The notes under the pieces are model-generated. The model ran no database searches. It saw only the letters and a program-made list of their open reading frames with translations, and was not told the DNA's origin. From contig JAINCQ010000022.1 of NCBI GenBank assembly GCA_036574205.1, positions 1 to 38,343 on the forward strand: a stretch of DNA of 38,343 bases, written 5' to 3'. The translations under genes were made by a program, and so were the position numbers. Positions 8,236 through 17,630 of the stretch are shown here, piece by piece (the stretch's first letter is position 1; each line of letters starts with the position of its first letter). The stretch comes from Elusimicrobiota bacterium. Its GTDB lineage: Bacteria; Elusimicrobiota; Elusimicrobia; Elusimicrobiales; UBA9959.

Positions 8236-9336
8236 ATGTGTAAACTTATAATAACTTTTTTTTCTGCACTTTCTTTTTCATTAAGCCTTTGTTCAAATGA
8301 ATTTGAATTTAAAATAAATAAAGAGATCATCCCCCCGGAAGTAAAATCAGATAAATCTATTTCTACCATTTCAAATCTCTGCCTTTTCTCAAATCAATCA
8401 GATATATCCTCGGCTTTGATAAAACAAATAAATTCCGCTTCCTCCACCCTTGAAATAGCGATATATTCTATGACAAACAATCTGATAGCTGATGCGATAT
8501 TAAACGCATATAAACGCGGGGTTAATGTAAGAATTGTGATAGAGTCATCAAAGGTTCAAAGTTCTAAAATTGATCCTTCTGTTCAAAAACTTATTGATAA
8601 TAAACTGCCTATTAGAGCTTTAAGAGGCGGTGGGCAGTATGGTGTTATGCATAATAAGATAATTATAATTGATGGGAAAATCCTTATTACAGGGTCTTAT
8701 AATCTGACTTTATATGCAAATAACAATAATTTTGAGAATGTTGTTTTTATAGACGATAAAAGTAATATTGATTCTTATCTTTCTTATTTTAATACAATGT
8801 GGTCTAAGGGAACGGATGTATATCCTAAAAAATCTCTGACAATCCCTTCCGATATTTCACAGACGCTTTTTACAATAATAAATACTATAAGGACAAATAT
8901 AATAAAGATGATTGATTTGTCTCAAAAAAGCATAGATATAGCGGTTTATTCCATATCAGACAATGATATTTATAACGCGCTTGTTAGAGCCAGAAACAGG
9001 GGGGTTAAAATAAGAATAGTTACAGACAGACTCCAATCCACCCAGAGTCAGACGGTAAGAGATTTATATAATGCTGGTTTTGAGCCAAAAATCTCAGATG
9101 GGTTTAATGGCGGGATGATGCATAATAAATACGCCATATTTGATGAAAAGTATGTTATAACTGGCTCATTTAACTGGTCAAATAACGCAGAAAATTATAA
9201 TTGGGAGAATGCTATTATACTTGATACTTCTTATACTCCTTTTTTTAAAGATAATTTTGAAACTATTTATTTAAAAGCAAAGCCTTTTGATGAAAAGGAT
9301 ATCCCTGAAACAAGCGGGCAAATCTCTTCAAAGTAG
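8236..9336 (+). CDS. Exported tandem phospholipase D-domain protein (Nuc/PLD6-like)
   Basis: Hydrophobic N-terminal signal; two complete HKD motifs, HNKIIIIDGKILITGSYN and HNKYAIFDEKYVITGSFN. Confidence 0.85.
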   Translation: MCKLIITFFSALSFSLSLCSNEFEFKINKEIIPPEVKSDKSISTISNLCLFSNQSDISSALIKQINSASSTLEIAIYSMTNNLIADAILNAYKRGVNVRIVIESSKVQSSKIDPSVQKLIDNKLPIRALRGGGQYGVMHNKIIIIDGKILITGSYNLTLYANNNNFENVVFIDDKSNIDSYLSYFNTMWSKGTDVYPKKSLTIPSDISQTLFTIINTIRTNIIKMIDLSQKSIDIAVYSISDNDIYNALVRARNRGVKIRIVTDRLQSTQSQTVRDLYNAGFEPKISDGFNGGMMHNKYAIFDEKYVITGSFNWSNNAENYNWENAIILDTSYTPFFKDNFETIYLKAKPFDEKDIPETSGQISSK

Positions 9337-9408
9337 TTTGTTGTCTGGATAGTTTAATAGGGTCTACTGAAGAAGTATATTCACAAGCAAAATTAGTTGA
9401 TTTTTAAG

Positions 9409-9564
9409 CTGAGATAAGGATTTAAAGTGTTGAGGTTCTGGGATAATGAAGTTTTAAAAAATATAGAAGGAGTTTTAGAAATGATAAGGAGTGAGGTTTT
9501 ATCATCACCTTCATCATCTTTAACTAAAAAGGATGTTTCCTCTCCCTTGATGGGAGAGGATTAA
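9409..9564 (+). pseudogene. C-terminal remnant of a DUF559 (Vsr-like) endonuclease
   Basis: LR*GFKVLRFWDNEVLKNIEGVLEMIR is the characteristic DUF559 C-terminus. It has an upstream stop and lacks the N-terminal part. Confidence 0.75.
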
Positions 9565-9914
9565 GGTGAGGGTGAAAAGGAGAGGGGATTTATGTAGCAA
9601 GAAGATAAAAAACTAAATCTCCTCACCCTAACCCTCTCCAGGAAAGGAGAGGGGATTTATGTAGCAAGAAGGTAAAAAAACTAAATCTCCTCACCCTGAC
9701 CCTCTCCAGGAAAGGAGAGGGGATTTATATAGCAAGAAGATAAAGTTTCTTTAAAATAGAAAAGGATACAAATAAATTTTCTTCCCCCTTGATGGGGGAA
9801 GGTGAGGATGAGGGTGAAATAATTAAATCTCCTTGCTTATGCTTATATTTCCTCTCCCTTGATGGGAGAGGATTAAGGTGAGGGTGAAAAGGAGAGGGGG
9901 ATTTGTGTAGCAAG
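9536..9914. repeat. Cluster of REP/BoxC-like palindromic repeats
   Basis: CCTCTCCCTTGATGGGAGAGG-ATTAAGGTGAGGGTG units at about 9536 and 9848, a variant at 9781, and opposite-orientation CTCACCCT(A/G)ACCCTCTCC-AGGAAA-GGAGAGGG units in tandem with 67-68 bp period. Confidence 0.85.
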
Positions 9915-10087
9915 GGGAATATATTAAAATGGGAAGAGGGCAAATATGAAGATGTGAAAGGAAGTTCAAAACTGAAAGCTTTTTGATAATCTTATACTAT
10001 TTTTTGCAGTTTATTAGTTATAGAACCATATTTTAAGAAGTGTTTCCATTGCTAAAACACCATTCCGTTAGACTTTTTCATCAGAGC

Positions 10088-10768
10088 CTAAGTAATAAAT
10101 TCTGTGATGTTTTTCCTGTATTTTAATGGGACAAAATTTCTTTGTAGTTTGTAATTTATCCTTTCCTTAATTGCTATTTCATTGAAAAATTTTTTCCATA
10201 AGTTGTTTATCTCTTGCTCTTTTCTGGTTTTATAGAATTTTATATCTTCATCTTTTAATTCCTGTAAAAATATATCATTCTGGTTTCTGATAGCTCCAAT
10301 GTTTCTTTTTTCATCATAAATTATAAAATTTTCCTTTACTCTTTTTTTAAAATGTTCTGCAAGAAATATTAGGATGTTATTATCTGGTGCAATTTTTGAA
10401 AAAAGAAGGTTTTCATCTATTTCATAAAATCTTGTCAGCCCCTTAAATTTATGAAGCTCTCTAAAATATTTTCTTTTTATTTCATAAACTTTCCTGATAT
10501 GTTCATTATTTATATTTTTTCTTTCTTTTTCATTTAATTTTGCATAATTAAGAGCTATATTTTCAAAATCTTTTGTCTCTGAAAGGTATAGGATTAAAAG
10601 GTCAAAATAGAGGTTTTTTGAAAATGTTTTGTCGGAATCATTGTCTTTTATCGCTATGTTTTCATTGAATAAAAGATTATCTTTTGATATGGTTGAATCT
10701 TTTACTTTAACTGCTTTTTCAAGTGCTGATAAAAAACCTTCAAAGCTTCCGTCATATATAAAATTCAT
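10088..10768 (-). CDS. TIGR03915 / DUF4130 putative DNA metabolism protein
   Basis: YDGSFEGFL N-terminus, ELHKFKGLTRF, LWKKFFNEIAIKERINYKLQRNFVP; coupled to the TIGR03916 radical SAM gene. Confidence 0.88.
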   Translation of the reverse strand: MNFIYDGSFEGFLSALEKAVKVKDSTISKDNLLFNENIAIKDNDSDKTFSKNLYFDLLILYLSETKDFENIALNYAKLNEKERKNINNEHIRKVYEIKRKYFRELHKFKGLTRFYEIDENLLFSKIAPDNNILIFLAEHFKKRVKENFIIYDEKRNIGAIRNQNDIFLQELKDEDIKFYKTRKEQEINNLWKKFFNEIAIKERINYKLQRNFVPLKYRKNITEFIT

Positions 10769-11994
10769 AGTTCACCGATATTTGCTGATTTTTCTGTTGT
10801 TTCAAGAAGCTTATTTTCAGTAAAGAGTAACTCCTGCTTGTATTCAGTCATAAGCTCTTTTAATCTATCTTGATTATCAGTTTTAATGCCATAATATTTA
10901 CCATTAAATGTCAGGAAGCAAATTGATTTTTTTGTTGAAATACGAAGTTTTTTTATGTCCTCAAATGAGAGATTTGAAAACTTTCTTGCCTTAATAATTT
11001 TTTTTGCTCCATATATGCCAATACCGGGCACTCTTATAAGTTCTTCATATGAGGCTTTGTTTATTTCAATTGGGAAAAAGTTAAGGTTATTTAAAGCCCA
11101 CTGAGTTTTAGGATCAAAAGATAAATTAAGGTTTTCATCTCTATTTATTATTTCATTAAGCTTAAATTTGTAAAGCCTTATTAGCCAGTCAGCCTGATAT
11201 AGCCTGTGTTCTCTTAATAGCGGAGGTTGTAAGAGAGCCGGGAGTTTTTCGTCAGAATTTACATTTATAAATGCTGAGTAATATACTCTTTTAAGGTTTA
11301 ATTTTGAGTAAAGATTTGAGGCAAGATTAAGTATGTTATAATCTGAATCAGGTGTTGCTCCAATTATTAGCTGGGTGGATTGCCCGCCATAAGGTTTGTT
11401 TTCATATCTTTCAAGTATTTTTTCCTTTGCATAAGCCATTGGTTTTATTATCATATCCCTTGTTTTATCCGGACATATTTCTTTAAATCGTTTTGAGTCT
11501 GGAAGTTCTATATTTACGCTTACTCTGTCAGCATATTTAATTGATTCATCTATAAGTTTTTTGTCAGAGCCGGGGATTATTTTTATATGGATATATCCTT
11601 TGAATTGATATTCCTCTCTGAGTTTTTTTATTGTTTTTATCATCAGTTCCATTGTAAAATCTGGATTTTTCATTACAGCCGAACTTAAAAAAAGACCTTC
11701 TATGTAATTTCTCTTATAAAACTCAGTGGTAAGGTAGCATATTTCATCAACAGTAAAGGCGGTTCTTTTAATATTATTTGATTTCCTGTTTATACAGTAT
11801 CTGCAATCATATTCACATATATTTGTAAGAAGTATTTTTAGAAGCGATATACATCGTCCATCTCCAGACCATGAATGACATATGCCGGATATTCTTGAAT
11901 TTCCTTTGCCTGAAATAGAAGATTTAGAGGATGCACAGCTTGCATCATATTTTGCGGAGTTTGCAAGTATTTCAAGTTTTTCCAGAAGTTCCAT
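10765..11994 (-). CDS. Putative DNA modification/repair radical SAM protein (TIGR03916)
   Basis: KYDASCASS, GICHSWSGDGRCISLLK, CEYDCRYC, REHRLYQADWL, C-terminal HhH RVPGIG. Confidence 0.92.
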   Translation of the reverse strand: MELLEKLEILANSAKYDASCASSKSSISGKGNSRISGICHSWSGDGRCISLLKILLTNICEYDCRYCINRKSNNIKRTAFTVDEICYLTTEFYKRNYIEGLFLSSAVMKNPDFTMELMIKTIKKLREEYQFKGYIHIKIIPGSDKKLIDESIKYADRVSVNIELPDSKRFKEICPDKTRDMIIKPMAYAKEKILERYENKPYGGQSTQLIIGATPDSDYNILNLASNLYSKLNLKRVYYSAFINVNSDEKLPALLQPPLLREHRLYQADWLIRLYKFKLNEIINRDENLNLSFDPKTQWALNNLNFFPIEINKASYEELIRVPGIGIYGAKKIIKARKFSNLSFEDIKKLRISTKKSICFLTFNGKYYGIKTDNQDRLKELMTEYKQELLFTENKLLETTEKSANIGEL

Positions 11995-12096
11995 AAACTC
12001 TGTTTCTTTTCTACTAATAATATTTAGAAGCTAATACATCTTTTTAAAAGTATTTATTTTTACCGCATTTTAATATGGTTATAAATTTTTTAAAAA

Positions 12097-13380
12097 TTAA
12101 AGTTCAGAAGTATCATCAATTTTTTCTTCAAGATCTATCATATCCATCTTTTCATCAGATGTTGGTATTTCCACATTTTTTAGTTTTTTACCTATAATTT
12201 GAGATCTTTTTTCAGCCTTTTCTATATTGTCAGCCGCTTCTTCAAGTTTTTTCCGGGTTTTGGCAAGAGTATCTCCAAAGATTTGAAATTCTTTTTTTAC
12301 AGAGCCGAGTATTTTCCATACTTCATATGATCTTTTTTCTATTGCTAAAGTTCTAAAGCCCATCTGTAAACTGTTAAGTATGGCTGTTATGGTTGTTGGC
12401 CCTGTTATTATTACTGAATAGTTTTTTCTTATATCTTCAAAAAAGCCGGGGATTCTAAGCACCTCCGCAAAAAGTCCTTCTGAAGGCAAGAATAATAGTG
12501 CAAAATCAGTTGTTTCAGGCGGATTTATGTATTTTTCGCTTATATCCCTTGCCTCGCTTTTTACTCTGTCTGCAAGAGCTTTTACCGCTTTTTCTAAAGA
12601 AGATGTATCAGCTTTTTGCTGAGCATCAAGTATTTTTTCATAGTCTTGGCGTGGATATTTAGCATCAATTGGAAGAAGTACATTCTTTCCGTGTTCATCT
12701 TTTGAGGGGATTTTTATTGCAAATTCTACTATAGAACCTTTTGAAATCCTTACATTTTCTTCATACTGCTCTTTTGTGAGTATATCATCTAAAATGTTTT
12801 TAAGTTGAATTTCTCCAAATATCCCTCGTGATTTTACATTTGTTAAAACACGTTTTAAATCGCCAACTTCTCCTGCTATATTTCGCATCTCACCAAGCCC
12901 TTTGTATACATTTTCAAGCTGGTCGCTTACAGATTTGAAAGATTCGCTGAGTCTTTTTTCAAGAGTGCTTTGTAATTTTTCATCAACAGTCTGGCGCATC
13001 TGCTCTAACTTTTTATCGTTATTTTCCATTATATCCTTTAGCTTTGAATCTATTGATTTTGTCAAAAGGTTAAGATTATCTGAGAATATTTTTATCTGCT
13101 GTCCCTGGTTTTCAGATGCGTTTTTCATTCTTAATTCTAATTGTTCAAGATGCGAGGAGATTATATTATTTGTGGTTTTTATGGATTCATTGATAATCTT
13201 TGATGTCTCTTCCCTTGTTCTTGAAAGGTCATTTGAGATAGTTTTCATTATAAGCTCTGAGTTGGATTTTATTTCAGCAAGCTTTTCCTGTATTTGTAAA
13301 TCATTTTTTTTGCCAAGCAAAAATATTAAATAGATTATTGCTATAAGATTTATTGCCGCTATAATTGTTAGTAATACCAT
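12097..13380 (-). CDS. rmuC: DNA recombination protein RmuC
   Basis: N-terminal TM + coiled coil; VLTNVKSRGIFGEIQL, LPIDAKYP, PPETTDFALLFLPSEGLFAE, LNSLQMGFRTLAIEKRS. ATG 13380 has an AGGAGG RBS. Confidence 0.92.
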   Translation of the reverse strand: MVLLTIIAAINLIAIIYLIFLLGKKNDLQIQEKLAEIKSNSELIMKTISNDLSRTREETSKIINESIKTTNNIISSHLEQLELRMKNASENQGQQIKIFSDNLNLLTKSIDSKLKDIMENNDKKLEQMRQTVDEKLQSTLEKRLSESFKSVSDQLENVYKGLGEMRNIAGEVGDLKRVLTNVKSRGIFGEIQLKNILDDILTKEQYEENVRISKGSIVEFAIKIPSKDEHGKNVLLPIDAKYPRQDYEKILDAQQKADTSSLEKAVKALADRVKSEARDISEKYINPPETTDFALLFLPSEGLFAEVLRIPGFFEDIRKNYSVIITGPTTITAILNSLQMGFRTLAIEKRSYEVWKILGSVKKEFQIFGDTLAKTRKKLEEAADNIEKAEKRSQIIGKKLKNVEIPTSDEKMDMIDLEEKIDDTSEL

Positions 13381-13396
13381 AAATCCTCCTATATAT

Positions 13397-13430
13397 ATTC
13401 TAACATAATGGCGCGACATACTTGTGTCAT
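13397..13430 (-). promoter_or_regulatory. Putative WYL-regulator (PafBC/DriD/YafY-like) site and -10 upstream of rmuC
   Basis: Minus strand reads ATGACA-N6-TGTCGC-N10-TAGAAT. Confidence 0.45.
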
Positions 13431-13536
13431 ATAAAAAAATGCGCACTTCAATTTTTGTGAATCCGGTTAAAATTATATAAAATAATGAAGTAAGCAGTCG
13501 ATTTTTTAATTTATCTGTTTTTTTTAAAAGGCTTAT

Positions 13537-15126
13537 ATGGCAGAGATGTTTCCTGATATAGAAAAATTAGGTCATATAACTTCAATAAATAGAAGCGAGT
13601 TTGAATTTTATAAACTTCTTAAAGATAGTCCATATACAAAGAACTGGAAAGTTTTTTATTCAAGTGTGATAAAATCTAAATATAAAACGAGGGAGGTGGA
13701 TTTTATAATTTTTATCCCGAAAGAAGGGATAGTTTTAATAGAGCTTAAAGCTAATAACCCTGTTAGGGTGGCTTTTGACAGTTTTGTTTATAATTATAAT
13801 GGAGTTGAGCGTTTTCAGGAAAATCCATTTAGAAAAGTAAAAAATTTAGCTCACCATTTTAAGACTGTATTTAACCTCAGTGAAGAAGAGAAAAGCAAGA
13901 TATTTGTTGCTAATATAGTGGTTTTTCCAAATCTTTCATATGATTTTGATGAAAAAATATGTTTTGATAAGTTGAATTATATAAACTCAAAAATCAAATG
14001 GGAGGAGATCCCGCTGGTTATCTATCTTTATTTTCAACAGAAAAAGAATAAGGAGGAAAGGATAGGCGCCTTATCCACCCCGGATGAGATAGATTCAATA
14101 ATGTCAAGAATATATTTAGATATAACTGAGTCAAAAGATTTGAGGGTGGAGTCTTCTTTTACAAATGTAAAACAGGCTTTTACTGAAATAAAAAGACATT
14201 TGCTTAATTATTCGTCTTTTCTTGAAAATTTTAGAAGGGTTTTCATAGAAGGTCCGGCATCAAGCGGTAAGAGTTTTTTTGCGCTTCAGCATATAATACA
14301 AAAAAGAAGCGACCCAAAATGCAAGATAGGATATGTTTCATATGGTAAAAAATATATTGAAAATATGAAGTATTCGTTTCATAAAACCTCTAATGTTGAT
14401 ATAGCAGATTATTTGAGTATAGATACAGATTTAAAAAAACAAAAATATGATTTATTAATTTTAGATGAGTTTGAAATGGGATATGATATCATAGACATAA
14501 ATTATGTGGATTGTCTTGTTGATGGCGGTATTAAAAATGGTAATCTCTGGGTAATGGTTGACCCTGAAAAAAAATATTTTGATATTGATAGTTTTCTGGA
14601 AAGTTATAATTTTAAAGATAATCATATAAAGCTTTATATAAATTTTAGAAACAATATAGCTATATGTGATATGCTTAATAGACTTTATGAAAAAAATCTT
14701 TATAATGATTTTATGATGGAGTTTTATAGCGAGATAACACTGGTCGGCTATGATGAATATGATTTTGAGGAAAAATTCAACGCTGTTTTGACAAATCTCT
14801 GGGAAGTGGAAAGGTATAAACCTGAGGATATAAAGATATTAACTCCAAAATCGATTTCAGACTCTAATATATACTCGTTTATTTCAAAAAAAAGATGGGC
14901 AAGAGTTTTAAGGGAATATTGGCGTAGTGATTTTAAAGACTTTATATGTTATTCAAATCTTGAAGATTTTATGGGGGTTGATTCAAATGTTGTTATTCTT
15001 GTTGATATAGATGAGACAATTACTGATCTGGTGGGCGTTTTGTATAAGGCTGCATCACGGGCAAAGTTAAGACTTGTTATTCTGGCTAAAAAAGAGACAG
15101 AAGTAAAAATAAGAGGTTATTTATGA
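13537..15126 (+). CDS. NERD nuclease domain + divergent SF1/UvrD-like helicase
   Basis: REVDFIIFIPKEGIVLIELK (NERD); GPASSGKS; LLILDEFE; FMGVDSNVVILVD...LYKAASRA (UvrD C-terminal-like). Confidence 0.75.
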   Translation: MAEMFPDIEKLGHITSINRSEFEFYKLLKDSPYTKNWKVFYSSVIKSKYKTREVDFIIFIPKEGIVLIELKANNPVRVAFDSFVYNYNGVERFQENPFRKVKNLAHHFKTVFNLSEEEKSKIFVANIVVFPNLSYDFDEKICFDKLNYINSKIKWEEIPLVIYLYFQQKKNKEERIGALSTPDEIDSIMSRIYLDITESKDLRVESSFTNVKQAFTEIKRHLLNYSSFLENFRRVFIEGPASSGKSFFALQHIIQKRSDPKCKIGYVSYGKKYIENMKYSFHKTSNVDIADYLSIDTDLKKQKYDLLILDEFEMGYDIIDINYVDCLVDGGIKNGNLWVMVDPEKKYFDIDSFLESYNFKDNHIKLYINFRNNIAICDMLNRLYEKNLYNDFMMEFYSEITLVGYDEYDFEEKFNAVLTNLWEVERYKPEDIKILTPKSISDSNIYSFISKKRWARVLREYWRSDFKDFICYSNLEDFMGVDSNVVILVDIDETITDLVGVLYKAASRAKLRLVILAKKETEVKIRGYL

Positions 15127-15599
15127 GTTATAAAATAAATATTGGGAAAGGTGATAATGGGTTTACTGATTTCTGCGGAAGAAGAGTTAAGAAAACAAGT
15201 GATGCTATTTTGCTTATGTCTAAACTTGATGAACTGTCAGCCATGCTTGGTGTTATAAGAGCTAAGTGTAAGAATCTTGATAAGGATTTTTATAAAATTC
15301 AAAAGGATATATCTCTTATTTGTGGAAATATAGCCGGGTATGTTGATAATAAGGAGATTGAAAAAATTATAACTGAGATAGAGAAGAAAATTAAGGAAAA
15401 TTCTGATATTAATTTAAACAAGTTTGTTTTTTTCGGGGATAAACTTATTCCCGCGGAGATAAACCTTTTAAGAGCAAAGACAAGAATTTGCGAGATATTT
15501 GCGTGGAAGATTAAAAAAAAGGTTTCAGCTGTTTATCTTAACAGGCTTTCCGATTTTCTTTTTATAACTGCAATACAATTTGAGAAGATTTCCAGATAA
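15123..15599 (+). CDS. PduO-type ATP:cob(I)alamin adenosyltransferase
   Basis: GKGDNGFTD, LDELSAMLG, RAKTRICE, YLNRLSDFLF. Confidence 0.82.
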   Translation: MSYKINIGKGDNGFTDFCGRRVKKTSDAILLMSKLDELSAMLGVIRAKCKNLDKDFYKIQKDISLICGNIAGYVDNKEIEKIITEIEKKIKENSDINLNKFVFFGDKLIPAEINLLRAKTRICEIFAWKIKKKVSAVYLNRLSDFLFITAIQFEKISR

Positions 15600-15621
15600 A
15601 GTTTTTAATTAAGTCGTTTAT

Positions 15622-17223
15622 TCACATCTTTTCAGGGGCAGATACGCCTATTAGATCAAGTCCTTTTTTTAGTATAGCTTTAATCCCTTTCAGGATAAAT
15701 AGTCGCGCATGTGTTGTAAGGAGATCTGACTCATCTAATACCCTATTTCTTTCATAATATCCATGAAATTCCCCTGCAAGGTCTATCAAATATGTTGTTA
15801 TGTGATGAGGGGAAAGATCTTTCAGACACTGCTTTAAGATTCTTTCAAACCAGAATATTTTTTTTAGTATTTTTCTGTCATCTTTGCTTAATTCATATTT
15901 CTCAAACGACCATGTCTCCTCTATTCTTTTTTCAGAAGCATTTTTTATTATAGAGTTAATTCTTGCATACGCGTATTGAACATAATACAATGGGTTTTCA
16001 TTTGATTGTTTGGTTGCTAAATCTATATCAAATATAAGGTGGGTATTTGGGCTTCTCATTGTAAAAAAGAATCTTACCGCATCTTTTGATGTTTCATCTA
16101 TAAGCTGTCTTAAAGTATAAAATCTTCCAGTCCTTTTTGACATTTTCAGGATTTCATTGCCTTTTTTAATAGATACTAACTGGTGTATTATAACAGTAAA
16201 TTTCTTTTCATCAAGCCCGAGTGTTTTTATCCCGGCTTTCATCCTCGGTATATATCCGTGATGATCAGCGCCCCAGATATCTATTATCCAGTCAAAACCT
16301 CTTTCGTATTTGTCATAGTGATATGCAAGGTCGTTTAGAAAATAGGTTTTTGCTCCATTTGATTTTACAAGAACTCTTTCTTTATCTTCATTTTTGTCAT
16401 CCATTTTAAGCCATATCGCGCCGTCTTTTTCTTCTACCGCCTGTTTTTGTTTTAAGATATCAAGAATTTTGTCTGGAAGTTTTTTCTTGTGAAGCTCTGA
16501 TTCCATAAACCATCTGTCAAAAACAAGCCCAAAATCGGATAAATCTTTTTTTTGTTGGGTTATTATTTCATTTATTGCAAATTGGGAAAATTTTAATATC
16601 TCATTTTTCTCAGCCCATTCTTTAGCTTCAGGTGGAAGTTTTTTCGCTAAATCTATTAAATACTCTCCTTTATATCCATCTTCGGGGGGTTCATTGCCCA
16701 GAAACCTTGACATAAGCGATATACCTAATAGCTCTATCTGGTTACCAACGTTGTTTACGTAGTATTCCTTAAATACCTCAAATCCAAGTTCTTTCATTAT
16801 ATTTGAAAGTGAGTCGCCAAGACATGCTCCGCTTGCTGAGGCAAGATGTAGCGGACCCGTTGGATTTGCAGAGACAAACTCAATCAATATTCTTGTTTTG
16901 TTTTTTTTATCAGTAAATGGATTAGGAGAAGAATATAAGAAATTTATGTATTTTTCGTATATAAGTTTGTTGAACTTAATATTCATAAAGCCAGATGTAA
17001 ACTCTGTTTCAAAACCATGAGCGGCAAGAAGAATTGATATCTCTTTAAAAATATCATCTGATTTTTTCCCGCTTTTTTTTGATAATATCAGAGCAAAATT
17101 TGTTGATGCGTCAAGGTTTATATGGGGTGGTGGGGGTGAGATTGAAAACTGAGAAACCTCTTCTTCTGAAAACTTATTTTTTAATATGGATTTTATCTCG
17201 CTTTCAACAACTGTTGGGGTCAT
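15622..17223 (-). CDS. argS: Arginine--tRNA ligase
   Basis: EFVSANPTGPLH, WGADHHGY, KMSKRTG, YVQYAYAR, C-terminal GVSAPEKM. Confidence 0.96.
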   Translation of the reverse strand: MTPTVVESEIKSILKNKFSEEEVSQFSISPPPPHINLDASTNFALILSKKSGKKSDDIFKEISILLAAHGFETEFTSGFMNIKFNKLIYEKYINFLYSSPNPFTDKKNKTRILIEFVSANPTGPLHLASASGACLGDSLSNIMKELGFEVFKEYYVNNVGNQIELLGISLMSRFLGNEPPEDGYKGEYLIDLAKKLPPEAKEWAEKNEILKFSQFAINEIITQQKKDLSDFGLVFDRWFMESELHKKKLPDKILDILKQKQAVEEKDGAIWLKMDDKNEDKERVLVKSNGAKTYFLNDLAYHYDKYERGFDWIIDIWGADHHGYIPRMKAGIKTLGLDEKKFTVIIHQLVSIKKGNEILKMSKRTGRFYTLRQLIDETSKDAVRFFFTMRSPNTHLIFDIDLATKQSNENPLYYVQYAYARINSIIKNASEKRIEETWSFEKYELSKDDRKILKKIFWFERILKQCLKDLSPHHITTYLIDLAGEFHGYYERNRVLDESDLLTTHARLFILKGIKAILKKGLDLIGVSAPEKM

Positions 17224-17630
17224 TTTTTTGTTTTTGGCTTTGTTCTGGTTGAAGTTTTACGTGCTTTTTTCGTTTTATTCCATTCTATTTTTTTACAGTC
17301 ATCATATCTTTTGTCAATTCCATAAAACTCTCTTGTTGAAGGATCAAAGATATGTATAACTATTCCTCCATAGTCAAGAACTTTCCATTGCTGGGAGGTT
17401 ATGCCATCTCTGTAAAGTAAATACTCGTTTTTTTCCTTTTTAAATTTTGTTATAACTTCTTCCTCTATTGCTTTTATATGTGGAGATGAGATGGCTGTTG
17501 CCACTATGGCATAGTAAAATAAGCCAGTCTTTGACTCCACATCGTATATTTTAATTTCTTCGGCTTTTTTAAAGTCCATTGCTTTTGCCGCATCCTGGGC
17601 AAGTTTTTTGTAGTATTTTTTATCTTTCAT
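17220..17630 (-). CDS. rsfS: Ribosome silencing factor
   Basis: KKAEEIKIYDV, WKVLDYGGIVIHIF...REFYGID; located near nadD as usual. Confidence 0.9.
   Translation of the reverse strand: MKDKKYYKKLAQDAAKAMDFKKAEEIKIYDVESKTGLFYYAIVATAISSPHIKAIEEEVITKFKKEKNEYLLYRDGITSQQWKVLDYGGIVIHIFDPSTREFYGIDKRYDDCKKIEWNKTKKARKTSTRTKPKTKK

Noticed and set aside
312..9336. Complete DISARM or BREX system
   Set aside because: No DrmA/DrmB (DUF1998), PglZ or BrxC seen; the separate PLD has a signal peptide.
9536..9914. CRISPR array
   Set aside because: The 67-68 bp period is CRISPR-like, but the intervening sequences are repeated rather than unique, units occur in both orientations, and no cas genes are present.
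9725..9943. 72-aa minus-strand ORF
   Set aside because: Pro/Ser-rich translation of the palindromic repeats.
12902..13333. Antisense and alternate-frame ORFs in the track (also 1937-2185, 18853-19359, 19563-19874, 23036-23341 and others)
   Set aside because: Shadows of well-supported genes with no recognisable motifs.
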